A stretch of 64,000 bases of DNA from Mantamonas sphyraenae STR306 (taxonomy: Eukaryota; Protista; CRuMs): assembly GCA_026936335.1 (NCBI GenBank), contig JAPMXV010000031.1, forward strand, positions 1 to 64,000, in the 5' to 3' direction. This document shows, one piece after another, positions 35,301 to 48,103 of this stretch. How positions within the stretch are numbered: position 1 is the first letter of the stretch; each line of letters starts with the position of its first letter. Under the pieces are notes generated by a model, which worked only from the letters and a program-made list of their open reading frames with translations, had not been told where the DNA came from and made no database searches. The position numbers and the translations under genes are program-made.

Positions 35301-38300
35301 CCTCCTGGATCACAACTCCACCCACTACCAAATTATTTCCTCCCTTGCAAGCGTCAACGACCTTGCCATCCAGCGAGTGCGCTGCCTCGACACCCTTGCT
35401 TCCATGCTCAACTCCCTTGCCCACGCTCCAGACCTCGTCAAGGAGGTCCTCCGATGCCTTGCCTCCAGTATCTCCCGCATCTCCTACTCCCTCAATCGAA
35501 AGGGAACCTTCTCCCTCAACAGTTCCCTCATACATCTCATCAGCAACGAGCGCGCTCAATTCCTGGCAGACGCGACACGCTCTCTCATGGCCTGCTGTCT
35601 CGACCTCCATGCAAACCCACACATGCCCGCCCTCGTCCGCCTCTACGCCCTCTCCGTCTTTGTCCTGCGCCTCAGCCCGCGCGAACTGCACGACATGGTT
35701 CCCCTCACTCCCCTCCTCGAAAACGCTTCCTCGTTCCTCCTCCCCGAAGCTGCTGGCCCCAACTCTCTCCGCAATGCTGCCCTCGTCCTCAACTGGAATG
35801 TTCTTCGCATCCTCCTCCTTCGCGCCGTCCACACCAGCCCTCGCGCCACAGAGTGTGCAACCAGCCCAGCCACCCTCGACAATCTCGGCTCCTTTGCCCA
35901 GCATCTCCTCCACGGCACCGCTCCGCTTCACCCGGGCACAACACTTGTCGATCTCCTCGAGCTTTTGCTTCTCATGACTGCTGCCCAGCCCTCTGTTGCC
36001 CCGGCGATCAGTCAAGTCAGCCCGCTTGTCAACGCCCTCATCACCCTCCCCGCTATCTCCACAAGTCCCTTCTTCCACCTCTTCTCCGACATCTACCGTG
36101 TCCAACTGCTGTCTGTGCGCCTCCTTCGCAGCGTCCTCGTCCATGTTCCGCCCCAGCACGTCCTCGAACCCCTCCCCAACACTGCTCCCATCGAACTCGT
36201 CGGTACCACCCTTGGCACAGCCACAACCGCCCTCGAGCTCATGGTTCTTGTCGTCGGCTACCCGGGCGTCCACCTCAACTCACGCGCTCGTGTCTCTCCA
36301 CACATCCGCCTCTCTACAAGCTTTGCCGCCTCACCCCGTGCCAGCACCGCCCTGGAGCAACACAGCCCACGCGGCACCTATGACGCAGCTCCGACCCGCG
36401 AGCGTCCTAGCGACTCTTTGCGTCTGCCAAGCTCCGTTTTCCTCAGGCCCCAGTTTGACGACTCCCCCCATCCTGACGGCGCCAACCCCTCCGACGGCCG
36501 TGTGTCCATGATCACAGAGTCTCCGACGCAACTCGACACACACCACATCACCGGGCAACACTCCTACTCCGAGCAAGCCCTGACCCTCACATGCCACTCC
36601 ACCTCCACCAGCCAACCCGTCGTCGCACGTGCCAATCTGCCCGTCCCCACCGCCGCGGATCTCTTCTATTGGGAGCTATCCATCGACGATGCAAGTCCGT
36701 CCGAGACAAACGTCGTCCTCGGCCTCCTGCCCATCGGCGGCTCCCTGGCACATCCCCCAGGCTCCGCAGACACAGGCTTGGGCCTGCATGGCGCCTCTGG
36801 CGACGCCTACGTCCATCAAGACGGCCGCAAGCGCCGTCTCCCATACGGTCCTCCCTTTGGCGCCGGAGACATCGTCGGCATGTTGTGGAACCGCAGCAAA
36901 GCATGCGTCTCCTTCACCCTCAACGGCCTCAACCTCGGCATCGCCTTTCACAACGTCCGTGGCACCATGGTCCCTGCCCTGGCCCTCACCGGAAAGGATG
37001 CGACCGTACGTGTCAACTTTGGCGAGTCTCCGTTCCGCTTTCGTTTGGAGAGTGTGCACACCTTGGACGACCGCCTCTCTGCGGGTGCTCTTCAAAGCTC
37101 CGATATGGGCCCAGGAAAACGTGCAGCAAACATGGCCGAGGAAACCGTGCAGCTCCTGCGCGGTCTCATGCACTCCAGCCGTGCCTGGAGCTCCATGATT
37201 GTCGAACATCTCGATGCTGCGCTCAAGCGCCGTGATCGCATCCTCCTTCGCTGCTGCGAGAGCAGACAGGACGCCCTTCAGGAAGACATGTTGGCTGTGT
37301 GGAGCCTCATCGGAGCCTTGAACATCGCCGGCGGCCTTCCACCTACCTTTCGTGTCGGCGCAGCCGTCCGTCACGTCGCTCTCAATGCACGTGCCGTGGT
37401 CATCGGCATGGACACCCAACAGCAGCAACAGATCCACGTCCTCTTCCAGCGAAACGCCAGCTCCGCCTTGCGCCGCGCTACCTATGCGCGCCAGGACTTG
37501 GAGCTGCTGAACGAGGTCCCGCTCGACAAGACGCCCTTTTACAGCAACATTCTTTTCCGCACTTGGAAACTCCTGCTGCGTGGAAACATCGTACAACGCA
37601 CCTCCAGCGACGCGGTCGTAGTCAGTTCCTTGCCCAGAGTCCCGTCCGATGGCAGTTCTGGTGACGAGAGCGACTCGGGCAGCCCGTCTGGCACGCGTCG
37701 AAGACGCCAGCGTGTCATTGCCACACGCAGCCGCGTCGATGAACTCGCTGCTGCAGAACGCCTGGATGCAAACCCTGGCTACGGACCTCACAAAGCCAGC
37801 ACTCCGGCAGGCTCTCCGGCGTCTTCCTCCGCTGCCGCTGCTCGTGTAGGCGCCGCTGCCAGCCCGTTTCCAGCGTCATCGTCATCGCCGTCGTCCGCCT
37901 CTCACTCGCCTGCCTCATCCGGTCTCGGTTCCAATCCTTCGGGTGTGGTTGGCCTGCTGGTGGATCGCTCCATGGCCAAACACGTCCAAACACAGCTGCG
38001 CATTGCCGCCCTCCGTTCCATGCGCGAGTTTGTGGCCGGAGGCGATGTCGAGGAGCTGTTTGACCCGCAAATGCTGTCAGGACTGCGTGAGCTTGCCCTC
38101 ATCTCCATTGGAATCGACACAGATGCAAATGTGAACACCCTCACGGAACGCGTGGCTGCCCTCGACCGCGTGCGCATGGAAAAGACTCTTGGCTTGCCTC
38201 ACGAAGACGTTGCCCTCATGAAGGAGATGCAGTCCAGTGCAGAGGCCCTCGAGTCCATGTTTGATCTCGCCGAGTGGGAAAAGGACCTCCTTGCCACAGC

Positions 38301-41300
38301 ACATCCCCTCGACCAGCAGACTCTGGAAGACGTCATGCAATTGCAAGACGAGCCATCCGCCATTCAAACCATCTTACAGCTGACAGGCTTGAAACAGGAC
38401 GCTGTTGAGGCCTGCCGCCACGTCTTTGATCTGTTCCCGCGCCACCGCAATGGTATTCGCCTCACAGATTACATGCGAGCCCAGCGTATGCTCGGCAAGT
38501 ACGTTGCAGGCGGTTTGGCAACACACAGCCATCTCACCCTGCACACCGGTGCACCGCAGCCCTTGACCTCCGAACACATCGTCACCTTTCCCGAGTTCCT
38601 CGTCGTTTTTCTCAACCAGCAGCGACGCCGACTCGTACAGACCGTCCGGTGCATCTCTGTGTCCGAGCATCGTGAATCCATCATGCGCCTGAGCAACATC
38701 AACTCGGTGGTTGTCAGCCAGCCCGGTGAGCTTGAGCTCCTCGAGGCCCTCTCCATGCAGCGCACGACGTCCATCATGACGCACGACCCCAGCCAGGACA
38801 AGGACAGTATGTGCATGGCCGAGGATCGCGTGCGCCACGGCATCGGTTGCTCTCAGTGCACGGTGCGCTTCATCAAGGGTCCTGCGTTTGCTGCCGCAAG
38901 CACCTCCCAGTTCTATCTCTGTTCGCAGTGTGTCCGTTCGCGCGGCGACTACCCTCTCACAGATGCATTTTTGCGCTTCTCTCGCCCTGTGCCCACCACG
39001 CCATCCATGTGCGCAGACAGCGTGCGCTCCATCTTCATGGGTGAACAAGGACCTCGCGCCCTGCTCCCGCAGCTGTATCCAGGTGCCAGCCAACGCACTC
39101 TCTCGCGCGTCGTCGACCATCCGGGCACTCATTGCAATTTGTGCATGACCTCTCCCATTCACGGGCTGCGCTACCAGTGCCTCAACTGCTCGTTCCAAAT
39201 GTGCAGCGCCTGCGAATCATCAAGCCGCCACAAAGGTCGCCACAGCGATCGTCACGTGCTCTTGGCACTGCCCCACCCCAGCCCAGTGTACGATGCAATG
39301 GTCTCCGATCCCAGCACAGGCATTCTGCCTGTGCTCTTTCCGGACGATCGCAACACACGCGCGGCCAAGTGGGACGACATTCAAGTCGGAAGGCGTATGG
39401 TGGTGGTCAGCGACGCAAGTCAATCCAACCTATCCTCAAATGCCCACGGCGAACATGACGGCATGCTCTCTGTGCGTGGCTGCACCGGCGTGGTCATCGA
39501 CCTCGACCCCAGCTCGCACGCCGTCCTGCTGCAGCTTCAAGATTCCAGTTCACGCATGCACACACGTGTTGTCTGGTTCAGTGCACATGATTTGCGCATG
39601 GTGACGCGTGGTGTGGCGGAGATGCCCCTCGCTGAAGTCGTGGAGCAGATGCGCCAGCAGGCCAGCGCCTTGCTCATCAGCCTCAGCAGAGATTGTCTCG
39701 TCAAGTTCCTTGCAGAGCAGCCCATTCCGCTTCAGAGCGGTTACAACGACTTTGGCGACCGCCAGTTGCTTGTGCGGCTCCTCAAGCAGATCATGCTCAC
39801 GGAGCTCCGTCGTGGTGTTGACATCAACGCCCAGGACTGGGAGGAGCGCGTGCACCCGGACACCCTCCAATTCTGCCGCCGCTGTTTGCACATCATCATG
39901 ACCGAGCAAGTGGTGCGCACCTTTCCCACGCGCTCGCTCCTCGCCCAACTCGTGCGCCAGTGGCGCCTCGACATGATCTCCGGCCATGATGCTCTGAGTG
40001 GCACCGCAGGAGCCAGTTCCGGAGTGCTTTCCACACGTGCATCCTCAAACTCGTCGACCTCCAGCGGTGGCACACGCGGCGAAGCAGAGATCAAGAGTGG
40101 CTGGATGAGCCGCCAAAGCAGAATGCGAACTTGGAAGCGCAAGTGGTTCGTGCTGACCCGAGAATCCCTGTGCCACTGGGATGACAACAGCGCCACTGGG
40201 GCACCGTCTGGTCGCTACGAAGTGGAGGACATGCTGGAGGCAGACGTCGCCCCGTCGAAAAAGGTGCAGAAGAAGGTCGGCATTGCTGTGCACATGAAGG
40301 GCGGCACCAATCATTACTTTGTGGTTGACGACGTGGACGAAGTCAACGCTTGGATCAAGGCCCTGACACGCGCCATTGACTCGTCCCAGAAGCGTATGTA
40401 CACAAGCACGCGCAGCAAACGATCCTTCTTGTCCAAGAGCAGCAACAGCGAGAGTGACGATGAGGCCGGTCTGGCCGGCACAGACTCCTCGGGGTCTTTT
40501 GGCATGGATGGAGGGGTGGCATCATCATCGTCTTCATCCTCGTCCTCATCCAGCGCAGCCGGGTATTTGGAATCCGGTGGGGCTAGCGGCGGCGGAAGCG
40601 GTGGGGGCGACGAACTGACGCGGCGTACGGGACGCAGCCTCAGTACATCGAACGCCCCGGGTATGTTCACCACCATGGGCAACTCTGCATTCGACCTGAG
40701 CTACAGCGAAGACAATATGGACAGCCTGGCCGAGGATGGAATTAGCGTGCCCAGGCGCCTCGATGTGGATACATCCCTGGTAGCAACGCTGGCTTGCAGC
40801 GCACTGTCATCTCTGCGCGACGCCATGGCGGCCGTGTGGCCCACTGTGTCGGTGGAAAGCCAGCATCCGCTTCCAGCCTCGATGCAGGAGCGAAGGCAAC
40901 TCGTGCGCATCGAAAAGGCCGAGGGTCTGATCATCGAATTTGATCCCAACTGTTGCTTGGAACAAGGCACACAAATGCTGTCGATGTACGCGGACAGCAG
41001 CCAAGACCGCTTGCTGGGCCGCTTCAGTGGCTATGGCGCACGCTGTTTCCCAAGGACCATGACGGTGCCGGGCAATAGTTTTTGGCTTGTGTACGAAAGC
41101 GAACGGTCGGCGGAGGCCAAGGAGCAGCTGTTTGGATACAAAATGATTGTGTCCCCGCAGCGGCTGCGTGTCACCGACGCGGAGCTGCAGACCGAACCGT
41201 CGATCGAGTTTGGCTTGTGGTCGTTGTCATGGCTCAACTCCATGAATCCTGTGTGGTCGCGCTCGTTCTACCAGCCCGAGGTGATTGAGGCCCTGTTTTA

Positions 41301-43616
41301 CGTGTGGTATGAGTGCCAGCAGGTTGTGGGAATCCGACACAAGGTGATGCTACTGCTGAATCAAATGATTCGGAGCGACTTTCACCTGTTCACCATGACG
41401 GGTGCAGTGAAGATGGGCTGGATCATGCTGCTCAAGGGTCGGTTGCAAACCATCCGCGCGCAGGAGGAGCAGAACGGGTCGCGGTTGTTTTCACGCTATC
41501 TGCAGCATTTGATGCAGGTAAGCATCAGTGCGAACCAGCACCTGCTCCCGGTGGTCATTGGCACAAAGAACGATCCTACGTGGTCGCGTGCCCTGCAGCA
41601 GACGGTTGTTGCGCTGCAAAAACTGGCTGCGGGCGACGGATTGGATGCAGGCATTGTGAGGCGATCGGCCAGCCACGGCCTGCGAGCCGTCGTCATGGAG
41701 GAGAGCGAGCATCCGTACTCGCCCACCGTGCAACAGGAGAACTTTGTGCGCTTCGAGGGCGCAATCCACTTGGATGTGCGCTTCGACCCGCTGTGTGAGT
41801 TTGGTGACGACAGCAAGAGCTGCTTGATGATCAGTGTGCCGAGTGCTGATCCGTTCAGCGGACCGACGACAGTGAAGCGCATCGTGGCGTTTGAACACGG
41901 TGCACCAACAAAAGCGGTGCGTGTGGATGGAGATGCGCTCGAGTGGGTCTTTATGGCCGAGCATGCACAGACAGCGTGGGGGTTCCGCTTCACGGTGGAG
42001 CCTGTGTACGACGACGACCGCGAGGAGGAGCTCCAGGACAGGGCGCTGGACAACGAAGCGGTGGCCATCGCAGACAACAGCGAATGGTCGCTAGCGTTGG
42101 ACGAGCAGCTGGTGGCGATGATCAATCGCTATTGCGAGATGCCAGACGTGATGAGGCAGGCGGACGGGCCGCATTTGTTTGGAATGCCGCCCAAGTCAAG
42201 GGCGGTCAACACATCGGGCCTCAGTGCTCATCTCAATGTGCTGTATGACAACCTTGATGTGGCCAAGGTGCTGGAGAACCCTGCATTGGCACACTTTGCG
42301 CCCGAGTCCATTTGCGCGCGCTTCCATGCTCTCAAGTACCTGAACAGCCTGGTGGCGGCTCTGTTGCCGTACGTAAGCTTGGAAGACACCCTCATTGGCT
42401 CGCTGGTGCAGCGCCTGCGTGGTATCCTGTTCACCACGGTGAAGCAGGACTGGATCCGCTGTGTGATGGAGGGCAGCGAACAACGCAGCCAGGGCTTGCC
42501 CAAGGTGCGTCTGGACCGCAAGCAGCCTCAGCCCTTGTTTGTGCAGGGATATGAACAGCTCGTAGAGCAGGCTCCCGAGTCGCTGCGGTACAACGGGCGC
42601 GCTTTTGAAGTCATTTTTGTGGGTGAGGGATCGCAAGACGACGGTGGCCCTACCGCGAGGCCATCAGTCAGTTCTGCGCAGACATTGCGAACCCAGAGGT
42701 GGCTTTGTTTGTGCCGTCGCCCAACCAGGTGCACAAGGTGGGCTTGGTGCGCGACAATCTGGTGCCCAACTTGTGCAAGACCAATGGCAAGGACATGCGC
42801 CAGTTTTATGTGGTCGGCATGCTGATGGGCATGGCACTGCGCACAGGCAATCGATTGGACATCGACCTGCCCTCTGTCGTATGGAAGCGCTTTGTGGGCG
42901 AGACGCCGCAGCAGTCAGACCTGGAGTACTTTGACGTAAACACGCTGCACACAGTACAGGCCATGCGGGAGCCGGAGAAACAGGGCCTGACGAGCGACAA
43001 CTTTGCAGATGTGATTGATCTGCGCTTTGTGCGGGAGACAGTCTCGGGGCTGGAGGAAGAACTGCTGCCTGGGGGCGCAGAGCGCGCGGTGACATGGGCC
43101 GACCGAGAGGAGTTTGCAGACGCTTTGGAAGCGCATTGCCTGCACCAATACGATGCAATGATCGAGTGTATGGTGCAAGGCGCATGCAGCATTGTGGAGC
43201 GACACGTTTTTACGATGCTCACGTGGCCAGAGGCGCAACGTTTGATCTGCGCTCCGCGAGGTCTGGACCTAGACCTGCTGCGACGCAACACGCAGTACCG
43301 TGGAGTCAGTGCCGAGGATGAGCACGTGGGCTTTCTGTGGGAGACCCTGGAGTCTCTGAATGACGAGCAAGGAGAACAATTTCTACGCTTTGTGTTTGGG
43401 CGTACAAGGCTCCCGCCGGCAAGCGAGTTGCAGGAGCAACCGTTTGCCATTTCCGTGTTCCAGCGCGACGGAGATCCCAACGAGTACCTGCCCATGGCCC
43501 ACACGTGCTACTTCATCCTGGATCTGCCCGCCTACTCATCCGCAGACGTGATGCGCACCAAGCTCCTGTACGCCATCGAGTCGTGCCGCGAAATTGACAC
43601 AGACGAACATTTGTGA
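32380..43616 (+). CDS. Giant HECT E3 ubiquitin ligase (~3,600 aa; HERC1/HECTD4-like N-terminus, SPRY, EF-hand-like, 2x ZZ, MIB-type SH3-like, PH, 2x CUB-like, HECT)
   Basis: Introns 32796-32993 and 33143-33318; SPRY (FYWEL...YGPPFGAGDIVG...VNFGESPF); ZZ (HPGTHCNLC...GLRYQCLNC); PH (WKRKWFVL); HECT GEGSQDDGGP-YRE (needs one extra C at 42648-42650) and LPMAHTCYFILDLPAYSS; a further frame slip near 32480-32500. Confidence 0.9.
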
Positions 43617-43665
43617 AGCAATGAGTGAAGCAATGAACACAGTGATCTCAATTGTTGCATTCGCA

Positions 43666-46600
43666 TCACCCCGAATCCTCCCGGTGCTCGTCCACCAAAT
43701 CCTCGCTACCAATGTGCGCGTGTTCCACGGGCTTGGGTCCCACCAGACTAAGCAATACGGGCAGGAAAAGCAGACCGTGGCCGAGTCCGAGGAGCACAGT
43801 CGACGTCAGCAACGCCCAAAACGTGCGGAAGATGGCTGACTGCGACACACCCAGGAGACAGATGCCCAGAAAGGTGGAAAACGCACCGTAGAGGACGCTT
43901 GCACCCATTTGGCCGTACACCTTGGTAATGCGCTCGTTCCTGTCTCGTCCGGGCATGGTGACAAACTGGTGGGCGATGTGTGCCGAGTAGTCGACGCTGA
44001 GGCCGACAGCCATGACCAGGTTGGCCACGGTGACACTGTCGATCGAACGGTCGCTGTAGAACAGGGCTCCCAGAAGGCCTGCATCGATCATAACAATGCA
44101 TATCATGACAAACAGCGAAGCGGCTGGGTGAATCAGGAAGATGGCGCAGATGATCATGACAACCACAGCCGCCACGGCCAGATTCTGGATTGCCTCGAGC
44201 TCGATGATGGCAAACTGCTCCGTGAAAATGAATTCGTAGCTGTAGACAAACAGGTCTGGAACAGATGAAGCACGAGCGAGCTTTCGTGCCTCCGCCATAC
44301 GGCGAACGGACCCGGTTGTGTTGGATACGGCCTTGAGCTCCAATCCCATGCGGCTTGTGTCAATTTGGGTCCTGTTGTTGTCCACAAAGATGATGTCTGC
44401 GACAAAAGGAGCGCCCGACCCATCCAGAAACTGACGAAGTGTGGCGTAGAAAGAGTCGCGCGTAGTTGGGATTCCGTGTGTGGTTTTCGTCAGAGCGGGC
44501 TGTGTTGCGTTGAGCCACTCGATGTACGTTGTGTACCACCACTTTCCTGCGCCATTGATGTATGTGTGTTTGTCAAGGTCGTTCGCAGTGGCGTGCAAGT
44601 CAAGGATGCCCTTGGCCACGGCGTCTGTGTGGTACTCTACAGCACGCTTGGTGTAGATGCTCACGACGAGGGGCAAGTCGTCCCAGATGCGATCGGTTTC
44701 CTCCTCGTAGCGGATGAGGTAGGATCCGTCCGGTGCGAGATCCTTCACCGTGAAATCTTGCTGGACCTGAGTGGCCGCCCACACGTTGACGCCAAACACG
44801 CCAAAGAAGATGAGCAGCACGAGGACTTTGGTGACAGGATGAAGCATGAAGGGAGCCAGGCGCTGTTGCATAAAGCGTGGAAGTGGGGCAGAGGGCAGGG
44901 GATTGCCGAAAGAGTCGGTGTTGTCACTGCGAGGCAGCGCGTCACCGTGCAGGGAACCCTTGGATGGTGCAGGAGGCCCATCGTCGGCTTCATGTTTGAT
45001 ACTGTGTGCAGGCTGAGAAGCAGGGTCGTGCTGCGGCTCACCCTGGTGTTGAGGGTGCACGGTCCAGGCATTCTTCTTTGTGGATGTGTGAGTCGGGTGC
45101 TCGTCGCTGTCATCATCATCACTCTCCGAATCGTTGACGCTGAATTCGTCTGTGGCGATCACACGGGCAGGAATGGCCTCCCCGTCGCTGTCTGCCGAAT
45201 GCTTGCGGCTGAGCACCTCGACGACGGCCGAGTCGGTCGATGGATGACCGTGCTCGTGCTTGTGCGAATCTTCACTGGGCGCTTCAATATCTTGGACAGC
45301 CCGTGTTTTCCAGCAGCAGACGTCGTAGCGTTGCTGTTGGCGTCTGCGTGCGTCGAGGTAGAGGGCACAGACGAAGAAGGTGACTTGGAAAAGGTAGTCA
45401 AAGAGCACGGCCACGGTTGCGTAGGTGCAGAAGGAGCGCATGGCCGGAAGCACTGTGGTGGTGCCCACCGCAAAGGCAAGCACAGATGTGATGGATGTCA
45501 TGGTGATGGAGGAGCCCGAGTCGGCCAAGCCGCGTGCGACGCGTTCGCGCAGAGTGTACTTGTGCAGCTGGCGCTCAAAGGTGTCGACGATGATGAACAT
45601 GTCGTCTACGCCAACGCCGAGGATGAGAAAGGGGACGACTGAGTTTGGGGCCACGTACGTAATGCCGAGGTAGCCGCCCAGGCCGAAGCTCACACCGATG
45701 CTGCCAGCGACGCAAAAGATACCTGCTTGTGAAAGAGCAATCTTACTTTCGACACGATCCCGCTGGCCGAGAGAGAAGGACGAGTACACAATGATGATGA
45801 TGAAAGCGAGCACCATATAGATGATGTTTTCTGAGATGCTGCGAGCCAGTTCGGTCTCGATGCTCTTGGCAAAGGTGAACACCCCGTCGATTTTGTGGTT
45901 GGAAAGCAGAGAATCGACTTGCTTCTCTGCTTCCTGGAACCAGGCGCGTTCCCAGCGCAAGGCCGTGGCAGAGTCCGAGTCGCCGTCCGAAATCCAGCTC
46001 ACACGCAACACTGTGGCTGCTGTGATCTTTCCGGCTGCGTCGCGTGTATTGTTGCCCAGCATGGAGTCGATGGTGGTGCGGGAAAGGGCACCGGACGATT
46101 CGGCGGCGTTTAATGGAGGCCAGAAGCTGAGCCTCCGAAAGCTCGCCAATGCGGGTCCCGTTGTTTCCAAACACGGAAAAGATACTGTTGATGACGCACC
46201 CACCACGCGAGTCCTTGTAGCATAGAGAGGCGAAGGTGGTGCCGCTGCTGTCTTTGACAGAGGTGAGTGCGTCTGTGGCGGACCAGGCTGCGGCGAAACG
46301 GGCTGGAGAGAGGAGGGACGTGGAACGATCGCTCGCAAACAAGACGAGTGTTTGCACACGCGGTGTGGTGGGAAACTTGGATTCCACAAACGCCTTTTGC
46401 GTCTGGGCTTCCGAGTCCTGCAAGACGGGAGTGTTGAAGCGAGGGTGAGCTGGCTGCCGGAGGTTTTCCGTAGCTTCTCACAGACGGCAACTGCCTGTGG
46501 CCGGCGACTGGGCATGTCCAACGCAATGATGCAAGGACACCAGTCCGCAACACGTACCTGAGGCACCCAAATGAGGCTTGGATCGGATTCAGAGACAATG

Positions 46601-46767
46601 AGGGGCAATCCTCCGAGGCAGGCAAGGACAAAGACAACCACGGTTGCCATCACCACACGGTGGTGGTCGACCAGGAAGAGTCCAAGACGGTAGAAGACGC
46701 GACGGATGGCAGCATCCGTGTGCTTGCCAGCCACAAGCAGTGAATTTTTGGAGGCTTCCTGCTCCAT
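43666..46767 (-). CDS. Patched-related/NPC1-like RND sterol-sensing-domain transporter lacking the NPC1 N-terminal domain
   Basis: Intron 46418-46557; PFLILGVGVDDMF, SITMTSITSVLAF, PAMRSFC, AVGLSVDYSAHI, HGLLFLPVLLS; one extra base at 46109-46111. Confidence 0.9.
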   Translation of the reverse strand: MEQEASKNSLLVAGKHTDAAIRRVFYRLGLFLVDHHRVVMATVVVFVLACLGGLPLIVSESDPSLIWVPQVRVADWCPCIIALDMPSRRPQAVAVCEKLRKTSGSQLTLASTLPSCRTRKPRRKRRLWNPSFPPHRVCKHSSCLRAIVPRPSSLQPVSPQPGPPQTHSPLSKTAAAPPSPLYATRTRVVGASSTVSFPCLETTGPALASFRRLSFWPPLNAAESSGALSRTTIDSMLGNNTRDAAGKITAATVLRVSWISDGDSDSATALRWERAWFQEAEKQVDSLLSNHKIDGVFTFAKSIETELARSISENIIYMVLAFIIIIVYSSFSLGQRDRVESKIALSQAGIFCVAGSIGVSFGLGGYLGITYVAPNSVVPFLILGVGVDDMFIIVDTFERQLHKYTLRERVARGLADSGSSITMTSITSVLAFAVGTTTVLPAMRSFCTYATVAVLFDYLFQVTFFVCALYLDARRRQQQRYDVCCWKTRAVQDIEAPSEDSHKHEHGHPSTDSAVVEVLSRKHSADSDGEAIPARVIATDEFSVNDSESDDDDSDEHPTHTSTKKNAWTVHPQHQGEPQHDPASQPAHSIKHEADDGPPAPSKGSLHGDALPRSDNTDSFGNPLPSAPLPRFMQQRLAPFMLHPVTKVLVLLIFFGVFGVNVWAATQVQQDFTVKDLAPDGSYLIRYEEETDRIWDDLPLVVSIYTKRAVEYHTDAVAKGILDLHATANDLDKHTYINGAGKWWYTTYIEWLNATQPALTKTTHGIPTTRDSFYATLRQFLDGSGAPFVADIIFVDNNRTQIDTSRMGLELKAVSNTTGSVRRMAEARKLARASSVPDLFVYSYEFIFTEQFAIIELEAIQNLAVAAVVVMIICAIFLIHPAASLFVMICIVMIDAGLLGALFYSDRSIDSVTVANLVMAVGLSVDYSAHIAHQFVTMPGRDRNERITKVYGQMGASVLYGAFSTFLGICLLGVSQSAIFRTFWALLTSTVLLGLGHGLLFLPVLLSLVGPKPVEHAHIGSEDLVDEHREDSG

Positions 46768-46826
46768 GTGCGGCAATCTTCCCCGTTTTGTTGGGTGCAC
46801 CTTGGCGTGCACGCAATCGACCTGTC

Positions 46827-48023
46827 TCACATGTCCTCCTCGACGTTTTGCGTGGTGGTTTGCGTCTGGGTGGAATCGGATTGCGCGGTTGAGGCAGATT
46901 CGTCGTCGAGAGCTGCCAAGTCGCCGTTGCGGTCCAGAAGTTCCAGAACGAGGTGTGCAACACCAGAAGGGTCACGGGAGGCAGAGTCTGTGAGATAGGC
47001 CATAACATCTGTGTGGAGACGGGAAAAATCGACAAGGGTGCCTGCGGCATAGCGTCCGACATTGAAACGGGAGGACGCGCGGGGATCGGTGTCAAGCTGT
47101 GGCGGCAGCTCTGCGCCGACAGCCTGGTTCTGGTCGGCATCGAGGGCGTGTTCCATGGCAGTTTTGTACACATAATGCTGGGAGTCATGGTGTGGGGCAA
47201 ACTCTGTGGTCCAGAGGTTGCCTGCGTCAAGGATGCGTTGGAGTGCCTGGGACTCTGCAGTGGCAAAGAAGCGGTACCAGAGAGCATCGATGTGGGCAAA
47301 CGAGACGAGGGAGACGCGCTGCTGGAATTCGGTGGAATGGAGAAGTGCAGGGAGGACGGAGGGCCCGTCGTTGGCCCAAGTGTCGGTCAGGTGGGCGTGA
47401 CCAATGCGCAGATTCATGTTGCAAGCGTAGCGCATGAGAGGACGATCTTCATGGGCACTGCAGGCGAGGGTGTGGTCGAGAAATTCAGCGTCGTCGTGGA
47501 TGGGGAGGGAGACGTTGAGTGGATCAAACTTGACGTGGCGGTTGAGGTCCTGGACGTAGTCCTTGGCCTCTTCGCTGACGTGTTCGGTCTGCACAAGCCG
47601 TTCAATAATGATATCCCAGGCGCGCTTTGTCTCTCGGGTGTCTGCCTGGTCGAGGGTGTTGAGGACAAAGTCGAGCGCGCCGACCGGACGCAACAACTGG
47701 GGCAGCAGCATGGTACTGGCCCATTGCTGGGCATGGACAGTGTCTGCATGCTCTCGAAAGAGACTGGTGACAAAGCAGAGCATGCCCAAGCTCGTAGGTC
47801 CCTGATAGCCCTGTTGCTCGCTGTATCGGAGGAGAGCCGGGGGCAAAAAGGTACTTGCAGGAGTGACGTCCTTCTTGAGGCGGTATGTGGTGATCCAGCG
47901 AAGGGCCGAGTTGCGGTCAATGTCTGCGTGCGAGAAGTGATTGTCGAATGCACGCAGATGGGATTCGAATTGGAGGAGGAGGGCGGATTTGTTGCCGGCC
48001 GCGGACTTGGCCTTGGAGGACAT
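46827..48023 (-). CDS. Hypothetical helical protein (398 aa), weak resemblance to the NELF-C/D N-terminus
   Basis: Uninterrupted ORF with typical codon use filling the gap between neighbours; family call weak. Confidence 0.6.
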   Translation of the reverse strand: MSSKAKSAAGNKSALLLQFESHLRAFDNHFSHADIDRNSALRWITTYRLKKDVTPASTFLPPALLRYSEQQGYQGPTSLGMLCFVTSLFREHADTVHAQQWASTMLLPQLLRPVGALDFVLNTLDQADTRETKRAWDIIIERLVQTEHVSEEAKDYVQDLNRHVKFDPLNVSLPIHDDAEFLDHTLACSAHEDRPLMRYACNMNLRIGHAHLTDTWANDGPSVLPALLHSTEFQQRVSLVSFAHIDALWYRFFATAESQALQRILDAGNLWTTEFAPHHDSQHYVYKTAMEHALDADQNQAVGAELPPQLDTDPRASSRFNVGRYAAGTLVDFSRLHTDVMAYLTDSASRDPSGVAHLVLELLDRNGDLAALDDESASTAQSDSTQTQTTTQNVEEDM

Positions 48024-48103
48024 GATTGACGAGACGAGACGAAATTAGTTGTGGACGAGAGTGTGCATGGGCAAAATCGCACGCTCTTCATTGGGCTAAA
48101 CAT

